Shown: positions 51,401-64,000 of the stretch, in pieces | Numbering within the stretch: the first letter of the stretch is position 1 | How the letters are laid out: every line of letters begins with the position of its first letter | NCBI RefSeq assembly: GCF_002113885.1 | Contig: NW_018408784.1 | Location: 410,718-474,717 of the forward strand | Reading direction: 5' to 3' | DNA length: 64,000 nt | Source: Mizuhopecten yessoensis | Lineage: Eukaryota | Program-made: the position numbers and the translations under genes | Notes under the pieces: model-generated | The model's database searches: none | Seen by the model: only the letters and a program-made list of their open reading frames with translations | Told to the model about the DNA's origin: nothing

Positions 51401-54400
51401 TTCAAATTATAGCTATCACTCCTAAAATATCAAAAGTATATCAACATTTTTAATACACCTTATGACAGATGGTAACATGATTTCTAGCCTATCAATGAAA
51501 TATACTTTGATGTTTACAAAAACATTGTATAATTTATTTTCAAGAAAAAAAATGGAACTTTTTAAGAAAAAAAATATAAACTACCGGTATAGTCATGGTC
51601 TGAAGAGTGCTTGAAATCGAGAAAGCTATTCAATAAATTTTGCATCCGATTTTGAGATCTTTTTGATTGCAATACTTAACATATTGAACAGGAGTGAAAG
51701 CTCTTATTTGAATCAAATTGTTCAGTTTTTAAAAATGCATATAAAATAAAATGTCAAAATATTACAGCAAATAAAGAAACATGGGAAATATATGAAGAAG
51801 ACAGTATACTTGTACATGTCATGTTTGTTTATATCAGAAAGATTATGGAATAACGAGGAACATATTACAAACAGGGATTACAATATAATTTAAAATAAAC
51901 TGATTGGGAAATTATGAACTAAAAATATATTGGAGAATGTAATTGCTTAAAAGTATTAATTCAAATTTAATAATTGTTTTCTTTTTAAAAAAATGAAGAA
52001 ATTCCACAGTTTTAAGAGAAAATTGGAAGAAGTCATTAAAAATAAAATCAAAAATTGAAAAAAAACACTAAAAGTTTAAAATAAAAGGACAGTTGAAAAT
52101 AGTGTCACTCTTTTTTCATTCTGTGCAGTTCTGAATCTTGTGATGTTTCTAAAGCAAACATGCTAAAGTGAGTTTGTTGAAATGGGAAAAAAAATTGGGT
52201 GAACATTTAGAACTAAAGCAAATGAATAAAATCATGAACAGTACCATGCTTGATAGAAAACACACACAGGTTGTAAATAAAATATAAAAGAGTATAAAAT
52301 AAATATACCAACATAAATGTAGATTCAAATCAGGCCAGGATTCAGTCACAATGCATTCTACTGGCGAAATTGTGCCTCACATTGGTTTAAAACTGCTTAT
52401 ACCTAAGTGTAATTATTGGGGTTTACACTTGAAAATGAGTTACTTTTTAACAGGTAAATATCCGCCACAAGTTTTCTTTAGATAGCATCAATAAAGCCAA
52501 AGAGCAAATAAATATTTTGAAACAAATCTACTCTTAAATCTGCCATAGTTTGAGTTAATATTTTTTAAGGATAAAAGTATATTCATTACATCCAAAAATT
52601 CTGTAAAAATAGTTAACTTTGCAAATAACTAAAATCTGATTTGTTCAACCTATGTTTAATAACTTCAGATATATACATGTGCAGTCTGTATATATTCTAA
52701 CTTTCATTTCTTCAGCATGATCAAATATCTGGATATCAATATCTAAAATGTATTTGTGAATGAAAATGTAGGTCCATTAAATATGAAAATAAAATAAAAC
52801 TTTACTTTTTGGGAAATTCTATTTTATCAAACAAAACTTTAAATTACTGTTATGTATTTTTTTTATAATAATGTATAAAAAAAAAGTCAATATCCATGTA
52901 TGTAGATTTCAGACAATGAATTTTGGAATATTTGAAAAACTAACATTAATTAAAAAAAAAAAAAAGAGTNCCACCTACCCCCACCCACCTACCCCCACCC
53001 CAACCCCATAGTGCCACAATTTTAACAATACTTTAAAAATGAGATACAAAAAATAACTAATTGCAGACATACGTCATAACAGTTCTGACACACATACAGC
53101 ACATATATCTAAAGTGTGCACACCAGCTACACATGTACACAAGCTGCATGTGTGACTGCCTACCAACCTTAGACTTCCCTGTGGCACCAGGATTTCCCTG
53201 GCGCTGTGGTTGAGCCAGTTAACAAAACAAAGGACACACAGGTACAAATCATTGTCACATTAGAGGGGAACATCAAAATGGAACCGACCAGTCATTTTAA
53301 AACATCAATGAACTCATTCACCCCTACATATTTAGACTGGAATTGCCCAGTCTCTAATTTTGTAAGGTTCAAATGTGACTTTAGGGGTGAATGGGTCAAG
53401 TGGAATCTTGTTAATCCCTTTTAAGACTGTCCAAGGACACTTTTTCAAATAATAATCAATGCTCAAAAATTGATTCCCAAATAATATGGAAGCAATTGAA
53501 AAGAATTTATTTTACTTTTGGGTTTTTTACGAAATAATTTCTTTTAGACCAACGAAATTCCACTAAAGAATGGAAAAAATACACAATGTACAGATCCAAT
53601 TTCAATTCAAATGTTGAATTTCAAATAGCTCATAGACATAAAACTAGGCACATATGATGAGGCATATTGAGTTGTTCCAGGGTCTGGGTTGATATTTAAA
53701 TATATATATATATATAGTATACATTAAAGTTAAACATACAATGTTACAAGCTTACCATCATGCATGCTTTCTATATATACATTATAAGATATAAAAATAT
53801 ACTTCATAGTTATATAGACCATGTCTAATGAATTGCTTCACTTTCTGAAAAGTTTAAGTTAGACTGTGAAGAAAACATCTACTTCTAAATTGTCGGGATG
53901 TGCTGCTAAACTTGGGGTCTGTTAAAAGCTTGTATATTAAATCACATACAAAGTGGCTTTTTAAACAATTCATAGCTCAATATAGCAAAACCTCTCTTAA
54001 ACGACATCTCACTGTGACAGTAGACAGCTCAATTTGGTAAAACCTGCCTTATCTAACACTTTGCTGTGACAGTAGACAGCTTAATAGTCAAACCTGTTTA
54101 TAACGACACCTGAGTATGACAGTGGACAGCTCATTACAATCAAACCTGTCCTAGCTGACACATCACTGGGACACTGGACAACAAAATGCAGTAGCACTTG
54201 GTTTAAAACACAGAGACTGGTTTTAATCTATTGATTATGAAGTTATTACAAGAAGTTTTATATTGGCATTACAGTATATTTTTTTCTGCAAGGCATAAGT
54301 ACCTGGTAAGTAGGATATGTTCATGCATTCTAAGGATTAAAATTTTAATTTTTCTGTCCAATTCTTAGCAATATTAATTTACATAGAGACACATATATCA

Positions 54401-57400
54401 CACATTAATATACTTCATATTACAGGCTGTGCATCTAAAATTTCTAACTATGTGATGCAAATAGTTGGACAAATCATGGTAATTACTTTTGTTATCATTT
54501 AATCAATTTACCTAGAGTGAATGAAGTCTACACAACTCATCTTATTAAACTTCTAAAATGAGTTATGCAGTAAGATTTTATCTAACTTAGTGCTCAAACA
54601 GGCTGAAAAAATTAATATTAATTTTCTGTTATCATATCAATTTCTCTGAATATAAACAATCATATTTTGATTTAATCAGATTTCCTCCCAGCAAAGCTTT
54701 GACAAAACGAGGTCGTGCAGTCAGGATTATCTACAGTGCAGCAAGTTTTTTTTTCTTAATTCAGCATTAAGGATCCATGTGCCATTAATGGTCTCTGTTA
54801 TTGGTATGAGGAAGGACCAGATCTAACAAAGTCAATCCTGTATCTACTGTTTCAATTCTATATATATACTTACACTAGCAGCATGCTGTGAAATTGATGT
54901 CAAACTTTAGAACTGTTTGAAATTGCTCTCACAGAGAATTCATATTGAAATATGACATATTATAATTAATTTCAAATTAATTTCAAACTGATGATCTCCC
55001 CATATGAGCAATTATTCCCCCTATCCCTGCTTATTCTTTCCCCAATAAAGAAATCATTAACCATAAGATGTTTAATGTTTTAAATAGATATATCAGAATA
55101 AACGTATCAAAACTAATGAGGTGATGGCTTAGAGCAAATACAGATACTTTGATGTCTTCTACCGAATATCTGCTCAGAGTAGAATTTATATACCTGGTAG
55201 TCACGTTTTTTTGAAAAAAAATGATCTTTTTTTTATCAATCAAAAAGAATTTTACCACTGAAAAAGAAAAATACTAGCTTTCAAAAATCTTATTCTAATT
55301 CAGCCTTCCCTGAACTAGTGGAATATATAGTTCTTTGGGTGTTTTACAAAAATGATCCTGCATTAATGTATATCGGAGTGTAACTACTTTTGCTTGCCTA
55401 CCTTTTTGCCCTTGTTTGCTGCAGGAGGTGGAAGTCTCATTATCTCAACTGGCCAGTAACGACATTTGGCAATCTTGTCTTGGAAACTGTAAGAAACATT
55501 TTTTTTTATAGTTATCAAATATCAACAAGTAATGATTTTTTTTATTATTATTTTTTTTTTATTAAATGTCTATTCTTAAGCCTTGTATAGCCATTTACGT
55601 ACTGCTCATTTGTTTATGTCAATTTCAGTGTTCTATATATTTTTAAGAACCAGGTATGAATATGCATTGTCGGATACCAACGGCTGATTTCGCTTCGGTA
55701 CTCACTCACCATGATGAGTGAGTACCGAAACGAAATCAGCCGTGGGTATCCAAAGAAGATGAATATGTAGAGTTGTAAGTTCATAAATTGAAACAAACCT
55801 CTTCAGGTTGAAAACAATTATCCAAATGTTTAACATTTGCTTAACATAACAAAGCTTACCTCTTGACAGCCGAGTTTTCCATGTAGCATCTCCTCTCTGT
55901 GTTCCAAGGAACTCGGAGCTTCTCGGACTCAGAAATCATCCTGTGATCTCTGTCCTCTTTGGCCCGGAGTTCACCGTCCTCGTCTTCAATACTGTCACTG
56001 GCGATGTAGCTGTAACACACCAATAGATTGATATTATCAAATATAAAAATCCTTAAGCAATAGTGACAAAAACAATTAGAACTTTGCTAAATGAACACAG
56101 ATGTCATACGATTTAGGAAAATAGAATGAAAATTCATGTTATGTGATGCCAAAGGCCTTGACACCATTCAACAGTAGACATTTAAATTAATCAAACCAAA
56201 AACAAGCAGGAAAGCAACTTATTTTCCGGAATTATTTAACTATTATAAGTAAGTTCACTTAAAAGAAAAATAAGAGTGAGAAGCTAATTTCAATGACATC
56301 TTCACCATTTTTTTCCCAGATGATTAATAAGAGAATTTGATATTTGTAAATTAAGTGGCTGAATGAAAATTATTCTACTAGTTCTCTATTCAAATTATTA
56401 GTAGATATGTAGCAGCAGAATTATAAACTATTCACTACTTTCTCTCAGATGTATGTATGAACATTTTCCTATCTTATTTCATTGTACCCCAGTTCTGTAA
56501 TACACATGTAATAGTTAGTGGTAATGATTTTTTCAGCTGTGTGAACTTTTCATTTCTTTTCAAATCCTATCAATTTTGAACATAATGCATAACCATGTCT
56601 GAGAAAAAATAAAGTTTATTTGTTGAACTTATTGAATATAGCAATTTGTTATTAGTTTCAGACATTCTACCTACCATTCAGGAATATAAACAGCATTGGC
56701 TTGGGCTGATCCTGGCATGGCCCACTTCTTCTGTTTGTTTGGAATTTCCTTGTCAGCACCTGGCTTCAGTGCTCCACCGGCGAAGATTATTGGTGCCTCT
56801 TTCTGCAACAAATATCATAAAAATATGAACCACAGATATGATATTTTTTTTATCACTTCTAGATTATATAACCAATCAATGAACACTTATCCATTTAGTG
56901 CTATTTTAAATTTTCATAATATAGATAATTCAATAATAATTTAAAGATAAGAAGATTTTAAATACAATTCAACATCAATATACATGTATACAGTACCTGT
57001 AATTAATTGAAATCCATGGATTTCTTCAAGATTCATTCTTATTAAAATCACAACTGGATCAATTTTTTTTTTTAAAGAACATAAATTTCTTTCAAACTGA
57101 CCTCAGCAGTGACTGGGATGGGCAGTGCCGCAGCGTAGCAGTACTGGGATCCAGCCAGTGTCCAGGACTCAGGAGGGGACAACAGAGACTCCATGGTTAT
57201 GGTCATCAAGTTCCCTGTGCTTGCCTGGGGAGAGTCCATCAGTGGCTCGTTGACGGAGACAACAACATCCAGCTCAGGCTAAAATAGAAAAACAGATTTT
57301 TTTTTATCAAAGCGTTGAACAGCAATTCGTATTATGATCATTAAAGTTTTTTCCCCTCATATATCACCTTAACGTTACCTACCACATGCCATGTTTTTTG

Positions 57401-58911
57401 CCCTACATAGATACAATGCGTAACAATATTCAGTAAATTTGACATAACATAAAGTGAAAACCTACATACATGGTAATTATTTCTCAATTTTGCGTGATTC
57501 AAATATCCTTAAGGAAACTTAAATACACAAAACAAAAGAATTGATTAATTTTTTGTGAAGTTTTCATCAGCTTTTTGATATTTGTATGGTACTATCCAAT
57601 AAACAGTAATTCTGGCTGAGACTGACCTTGGCATGTTCAGGAGGGATTCCTTCCAGAGGTGAGCCCGGAAGGGGGTTGACCACCAATGTATACTTGTGTT
57701 TTGTTTCACCTGTTCCGAAATCAAGTCATGATAAATTAATGACATACATCTAATTATTACAGTTTTATTCTTTCTTTTAAGAGTTATAAAAAAGAAGTAA
57801 AGATATATTTGAGGTGTTTTCATTTGAGAATTAAGAATGAAACATAGAATAATAGTTCAAAACTAGGAGATTTTTTATTTTTATTTTTTTTACAAACCTT
57901 TGACAAGTGGCAGTAGATCAACAGTACACTGTCCCAACAAAGCTGTCTTTTCTTCCTTCTGTTTCTTTTCTTTAGGCAATCCTTCAATAACTGTCACTGT
58001 AATGATATTTATTTGATTAATGGTTTGTACTGAAAAGGTGAACCCTCATTCCAAAAATTTTAAAATCTGAAGATCTGCACCAAAAATTAGATGTTTAAAT
58101 CTGCAAAGAATCCTTTACCAACATACAATGTACCGATATGTCATACTGTTTTTGAGATTTATGATTGAATTAACAATAAAAGGAACTAATAATGATCTAT
58201 AATAACCATGTTAATTTGATTTTATACCTTAAATAATCACTAGCAACAGATTGTGTTGTGAAAAAAATGTACTCTGCATTAAATTTTGTCCTGAAATTAT
58301 TCTGTATTACTAATATTAATATTCAAAAACCATGTTTATTCAATTTTATACTTAATTAAGATTTTCAGAAAAAAGGATGGTTGTACTTACAGACAACTGG
58401 TTTGTGTGCAATTTCATCCAGGGCCAGTGGATCATCGTAGGTACAGTTAATGGTGGTGCTGAAGTTGAGTTCGGCAGGGACATCGGGAGAACACTCCACT
58501 TTGGGAGAATCTCCAAGGGTCTTCTCTCCAAACTCTACCTTTACCATCACTTGTACACTGTCAGCCTTTGTTCCTTTCTATAAGGCAAAATGATGATTTC
58601 ATTGCTAATTTCTAGTTATAAACAAGTGCTGCAGTGTAAATAACAAGACTTGATTCCATGACTGATTAAAGAATTCAAAACTGATTTTAGAGGAATAATG
58701 GCACAAGTAATAGCTTCATTGAATAAAAACGGTACAATAGGCAAATAAAAGTAGGCTGGAGTATCAAAAGAAACCTAAGCTTATGGATTTTTTAACTGAC
58801 TAAAAAATACAAAAGGGATATAGACTATTTTCTACTTACCATGTTCCTGGCCCTCAGGACAGTGATAGTAATCGGCTCTGGAGGCCGGGTTTGTACACTG
58901 TCTTGGTCCAT
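30411..58911 (-). CDS. CFAP70: Cilia- and flagella-associated protein 70 (TTC18; C2-like N-terminus, TPR C-terminus), 26 core exons, ~1112 aa
   Basis: Exons 58911-58840, 58577-58391, 57996-57898, 57709-57627, 57278-57102, 56802-56675, 56009-55860, 55486-55402, 51260-51191, 50762-50701, 50386-50249, 41384-41221, 40879-40819, 40495-40434, 40182-40120, 39506-39368, 38724-38539, 38078-37829, 37622-37467, 36506-36327, 33134-32944, 32582-32430, 32127-31966, 31453-31364, 30948-30799, 30491-30411 (3339 nt). Motifs [68 protein letters not shown]-terminus VGFGNPEF. Confidence 0.93.
38281..38534. repeat. Degenerate ~29-bp tandem repeat built around X-box-like cores
   Basis: About 9 recurrences of cc(t)GTTGC(T/C)ATG..., mostly 28-31 bp apart. 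Confidence 0.75.
39731..40100. repeat. Minisatellite with an 18-bp unit CATATTTAACAGGTACTA (~19 copies with 5-bp insertion variants)
   Basis: Directly visible; produces the TYLTGT periodicity in the 39576 ORF. Confidence 0.97.
43910..44092. mobile_element. PIF/Harbinger-like MITE
   Basis: Imperfect TIR GGTCTCAGTTTCACAAAATTTCC / GGAAACATTTGTAAAACATGGGCCC. Similar-style elements at ~15131-15320 and ~41450-41695. Confidence 0.5.
53313..53395. mobile_element. piggyBac-type MITE (decayed TSD)
   Basis: CTCATTCACCCCTA...TAGGGGTGAATGGG, same family as 2968-3050. Confidence 0.65.
53988..54182. repeat. Four diverged tandem copies of a ~50-bp unit
   Basis: aaacctg...acac...ctgtgacagtagacagctc repeated four times. 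Confidence 0.8.
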
Positions 58912-60038
58912 TTTGTTAGTTTTTCACTTTCAAAATAATAAATTCCTGCAAAGAAAATATTTTTTCCCCATGAATACATTACATGTATATATATTTCAAT
59001 TAGATACTGAATGAAACTGATTTGATCACTCTATTGATTTTAAAAGAATGAAGTAATGCATATTGATTCCCATTGAACAATTCTGTTCTTTAAAAGACCA
59101 CCAGATCAACAGCTGATCTCCTTTTAATTTGTCACGATATGACCTCTGCTGCTGCAAACGAAAAAAAAAAAAAAACAGAAGTCCCTTTATAGTGATTTCA
59201 TTTACAATTTAACACTAGGTTAACACTTTGATCATTTTTTTCTCTTTTATATGGTAGGAATGTATTATGATAAGAAAAAGGCTATTTGATCACCAGCTAT
59301 AAACTGTACTCTGGTAACTTCTATACCCTAATCAATTAAAATCAACAGTACAATACTGCACTTGTGATAATGGATGGTTACAGACATCATTCTGTGATAT
59401 GATGGGACTGAGAGGTAAACACAACATACAACCTTTGCGACAGTCAGCACTGACAGCAGGACAGTCAGCAGGATTAACATACAATTTTCTACCAAAAGGC
59501 AAGGAGTCAAAGTACTAATACTGTGATAAATCTGTGATTATTATGCAATTGAAATCTGTGATTATAATATGTGATATTTGTACCTGTATCATGCTTTTAC
59601 CGAATAAATATTATTATTATTAATTAAGGAATGTGATACAAGTTCATAAACTAATTATAATTATTGATGATCAAATGGCATGTTAGAGTCTACATTCATT
59701 TCATACCATTATCACTGATTATCATTATTTCGAAGTAATAACTTCATGAGAGAATCAATAAAAATTTCACAAAATGTGGTAATCATTTGCATTTTACGAT
59801 ATCGAACTCGTTCACAAATAATTACCCTGTTCCCAGGAGATGGGGGGGATGGCTGTCAACAAGTCTCGAATGCAACTTATTACAATACTCACGATAAAAC
59901 CAGTATAATCGAGTGCTGATTGTATTTATCGATGCTAGTTCTTTCCTCTATACAACAATTGTTAAATTATACACATCACGGCAGCCATAAACCATATATA
60001 AACCACAACAAATGATAACTATTTGCAGTAGACAGTAC

Positions 60039-60184
60039 CTGTGCTTCCCGCCGTTCCCTTGGTGACAGTGACAGATAAGCGAGACTTCCGTTTCCGGTTT
60101 GTAGTGACACACGCGAGTAGTGACACATGTAGGTCGATCCGATGTGAAAGGTTTACAAAAAATAAAGTCGATTAAACCTTTTCA
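60039..60184. promoter_or_regulatory. Bidirectional promoter between CFAP70 and DTD1 with an RFX X-box
   Basis: X-box GTTCCCTTGGTGAC at 60053-60066 (reverse complement GTCACCAAGGGAAC); ETS-like CTTCCG/TTCCGG at ~60085-60097; candidate CFAP70 5'-UTR donor AG|GTACTG at 60039/60038. Confidence 0.65.
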
Positions 60185-60187
60185 ATG

Positions 60188-62903
60188 ATGAAAGCATTAA
60201 TTCAAAGAGTTACGCAAGCTAAAGTTACAGGTATGTTATTGTTCAAATGTTTCAAGTATAAAATACAAACTTTGTTCTGACAGGTCTTTAAGACTGTCAA
60301 CACCGTCTACTTTCACTTCATTGGTTCTACAGGTCAGCAGGTTATATGTCCTTAAAATTACATTTTACATTTACCAAATGTAATTTTTTGGCAGGATAAC
60401 AAAAAGCAACATTTAAAAAATACTTAATGTCATTACTGTGAGTGTCAGATATCAGAATGGGATTTCTAAAATGAAATAATGATGATTGTGTTTTGCTGTC
60501 TTTTTTGAGTCATTTCTTGTCTTGAAACAGTGACAAATAAAATTAAATGTTTGTGGTTGTGAACTGGAATAAATTAAACTTTTTGTATCATGCGGGTAGC
60601 ACCTGACATGACACCTCTCTGTTTAAATGTGCTAGTTAAATTTTAAAAATCCTTTATCAGGAGCAGTCATTATCCTTAGGGAGTATGTAGTGGAACGTGA
60701 CTTAGTCAATTGCTGTAGCACAGTTGGTTTGAGCATCTGTTAAGAGTTTGGAGGTCTGGGGCTCAAACCCTTGTCTGTGTATGGCATTTTACCTTTCTTG
60801 TTAGTTGTTACATTTGGCTCTCAAATAAATATACCGGGTATATTTATTTGAGAGCCTAATTGAGAGCCAATTCACTCACTCACTGCAGAGATGGTATCTA
60901 CGGTCGTGTGTGTCTTTGGGGTACTTATAGACTTTGTTGAATGAGAGAGGAATGTGGTGAAACTTGACTGGATTGATCAACTTGACCAGTAAGCTCATTT
61001 TGTTAGAGCATCTCTCTGAAGTTCTGAGGTCTGACTCGAACTTGCAACCCTTCGGTCACAAGCCCGGCGTCCTACCACTAGACTACCGTGTCTCCTAATG
61101 TACATGAAGCAGATGGGTTGTATTCTGCTACTGAAAATCAAGCAATGAAGACTTTTTTCTATTGCAGTGTTTTATTTTATTCAATAGCTATCAATTTTTA
61201 CATTTCAGTTGATGGAGAAACTGTAAGTTCTATTGGGAAGGGACTATGTGTGCTGATTGGAATCACCCATAAAGACTCGCCAAAGGAGATGGAATACATG
61301 TAAATATGTTAATTGTGAACAAAATTATAAACAAATGAAAAAAGGAGGAAAGGATAATTAAACTTCACAAATCTGAAAAGCATACACGGCTGTTTGTTGT
61401 ATAAATGCATTTGAATATGTCTTAATACCTGATAGTGCAAATATATTGCAAAAATGTAAATTTCATATTTAAAATATCAATTGTGAACTTATTACAAAAA
61501 ATTATTCAATAATTTTGATCATGAAAGTAATAAAGAAAAGACGCATAATATATAAAGTGATATAATGAAAGATGTTACAGATATTTTGAAATATAAAATA
61601 GACCTGAATAGTTTCAAAAATTTCAGATTTTAGTGACATGGTTCTCTGTAAGTGAAAAATCATTTTAAAAGGTGTTTGTGTTTCAGGGTGAGAAAAATTC
61701 TCAATCTAAGATTATTTGATGATGATCAAGGAAAGAGATGGGCTAAAAATGTTATGGAGAAAAACTTTGAGGTTCTATGTGTGAGTCAGGTAAGTGATAC
61801 TTCGGTGCTTAAAATTGTTGATTTGTGTTGATAATGTATCTTTTTAACATTGGCCAGTTTCTGCAGTTTTGAATTATTATTCTATTATAAATGAGAAGTT
61901 TTAGGTTTTTAGCTCACCTGCTCGAAATTCCAAACCTATAGCCATGTATACAATTGCAGGGCATCAAGAGACAAACACAATCATGATAAAAGAATTGACC
62001 CTGGGGTCTGGCCCCACCTCTAGGGAATTGATTTCTGAGTCATAACTTTAAAACAGTTGAGATCCTCATCTCCATAACCATAGAAACATTGCTGGGCATT
62101 AAAAGACGAACACATTCATGATATTAGTATTAACTCTTGTGTCTGGCATCCCACCTAGCCCTTGGGACTTAATTTCTGGGCCATAACTTTGAAATTATTG
62201 AAATCAACATCCAATAGCCAAATGTAGTATACCATTGCTACAGGCCCTCTGGCCCTCTTGATTTTTATTTATGATTATAACCCATGGTCATTTCTTTGCA
62301 GTTCACCCTATGTACGATATTGAAGGGAAACAGGCCAGACTTCCATGCTGCGATGGCTCCAGAACAGTCTCAGGAGTTTTACGCTGAATTTGTCAAACAA
62401 ATGGGAGAAACATACGATCCATCAAAAATCAAAGGTTGTTTTTGTTGGGAAGTCGAAATTTGTTTAAACAAAATTAATAAATGTTCATTATCATTTTAGT
62501 TGTATAACCCACAGCATTAAGTTTCAATAAGTTTTTTTTCAGCATTTACATATGTATACATTTACAATATGTACTTTCAATTCCTTGTCTTCCATTTAAT
62601 TCCTGGTTTCTTTTGGATAAGTTTTGTTTTACTTTTATTCAATTGTTCTTTATGTCAGTTGTCATATGGCACACTGTGTCAGAAAGTCTCAACATTAATT
62701 TGAATATTAGAATTATTAATAATGATAGGATCTTGAGAAAGGTTCAGCAGAAATTGATCATTGCTGCTAGATATAATTGATGTTTATTACTTGATGACAG
62801 TGTCTGCTTTATTGTAGATGGAGTATTTGGAGCCTATATGCAGGTACATATACAGAATGATGGACCAGTAACGATACCCTTAGAAACTCCTATCTCTCTC
62901 CAG
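60188..62903 (+). CDS. DTD1: D-aminoacyl-tRNA deacylase 1 (3' partial; last exon or exons not found in the window)
   Basis: Exons 60188-60230 (alternative ATG 60185), 61209-61299, 61687-61789, 62302-62434, 62818-62903. MKALIQRV, IGKGLCVLIGI, KILNLRLF, VSQFTL, KGNRPDFHAAM, FGAYMQVHIQNDGPVT (Gly-cisPro motif). Ends at a GTAAGT donor. Confidence 0.96.
61033..61095 (-). mobile_element. tRNA-derived SINE head fragment
   Basis: Reverse complement GGAGACACGGTAGTCTAGTGGTAGGACGCCGGGCTTGTGACCGAAGGGTTGCAAGTTCGAGTC carries A and B boxes but lacks the 3' acceptor strand; matches the head at 7881. Confidence 0.65.
61906..62262 (+). mobile_element. Degenerate HINE-like element with two ~140-bp units
   Basis: 5' TTTTTAGCTCACCTG, 3' CAGGCCCTCTGGCCCTCTTG, and an internal duplicated unit (gggcat...acac/aatcatgata...cataacttt). 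Confidence 0.6.
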
Positions 62904-63135
62904 GTAAGTCAAGCAACAGTTCGCGATACCTGTCCAACATTTTACACAAAAAAAAATCTACTCTTAAAGGAATTGATTGTGTTGTTAGGGTATTTCAGAA
63001 AGTTTCAGACATCTGTCTGGTGATTTAAGTTACAAACTATTTATTTTCTTCCACTCTACAAGATACATGTGTTCCATGGGGAACACCCATCTGAGATAAT
63101 ACTTACCATTATCAGGTGTGACAACACTTTTCTAA

Positions 63136-63505
63136 CAGGGTTAGACACTAACTGTTTTTGCTTGGTAGTCCACTGGACTAGTTGAATATATTATTTACTT
63201 GTCCTTTGTCAATGTAACTAGTCCAAGATTTCCTGATAAGGAAACATCACGATCTACAGCACAAAACATCAAAAGTAGGGGACTTAAAATAACAACTGCC
63301 ATAAAAATATGGTAAAGGTTTTGGAAATGTTTTGACAATTATCATGCAATTTATCTATTTTAAGCAGTTTTTTAAAACGGAATATTCTTATTTAAGAATC
63401 ATGTTTTACACAAGTCGAAAGGACCAGTTAGGTTAGATGATTCACTAGTCCTTGCTGAAATCTACTAGTCCAGGACTAACGGACTAGTGTTAGTGTCGAC
63501 CCTTG
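63136..63505. mobile_element. hAT-like MITE
   Basis: Imperfect TIR CAGGGTTAGACACTAAC / GTTAGTGTCGACCCTTG; repeated subterminal ACTAGTCC/GGACTAGT. No TSD visible. Confidence 0.55.
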
Positions 63506-63697
63506 TGGAAGTGTGTAATATATATTTTTCTAGTATGAAATATACTTGTATCGCCCTAGGGTTGAGACAAAAGGATTTCCCTATCATAACAAGTGTGCAA
63601 TGTCACATCAACAATGCATTCAATTAACCAAATGTCAAAGTCACATATATGCCAAGTCTAACAAAGTCTGAGAAAAAGAATCACTCCCTCTCCCTCN

Positions 63698-63739
<42 letters not shown>

Positions 63740-64000
63740 CTCAACCCTTTGGGGAACATCTTCCATCTCACATCAAAGGGGGTGAAAAATCCTGTTCATC
63801 CCAAGTAGGTGCACCTCCTGATTAAGTTTATATTGCACCATAGCATGGTAACGCCAGGGTAAACTGATTAGATTTGGGCAGTCAACAGGCAGAGTTAAAG
63901 GGACAAAGGTCACACTTAACAACTTCTGAAATAAAAATCAATAAACAAGATATATCTAAATTAGTTCTCTACACCACATTATAGCATTAAGTTCTAGACC

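Noticed and set aside
61033-61095. Possible tRNA-His(GTG) gene
   Set aside because: It lacks the 3' acceptor strand and terminator, and a second copy at 7881 runs into a SINE body and tail.
63697-63739. Long poly-G run (also G/C runs near 8631 and 52970)
   Set aside because: Adjacent to N bases; probably an assembly or sequencing artefact.

Overview
AT-rich, intron-rich animal genomic DNA; the repeat landscape suggests a bivalve mollusc (inference). Five spliced protein-coding genes were reconstructed by hand with GT-AG junctions and consistent phases: NDUFAF7 (+, 10 exons, ~437 aa), B9D2 (-, 3 coding exons, 175 aa), TDP1 (+, 15 exons, ~735 aa), CFAP70 (-, 26 core exons, ~1112 aa) and the 5' part of DTD1 (+). 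B9D2/TDP1 and CFAP70/DTD1 are head-to-head pairs. Introns and intergenic DNA hold a 5'-truncated CR1/L2-type LINE, a complete Helentron-associated (HINE-like) element with a 321-bp array, several MITE families, tRNA-derived SINEs and minisatellites. The most interesting observations are: a cluster of frame-preserving, partly paralogous micro-exons in CFAP70 introns; a TDP1 N-terminus combining an MIU-like motif, a duplicated acidic motif and a PBZ finger; tandem decayed copies of the TDP1 last exon behind its stop codon; a candidate antisense KRR + 6-Cys peptide exon nested in NDUFAF7; and a minisatellite made of RFX X-box-like units inside CFAP70. All calls are by eye, with no database searches.
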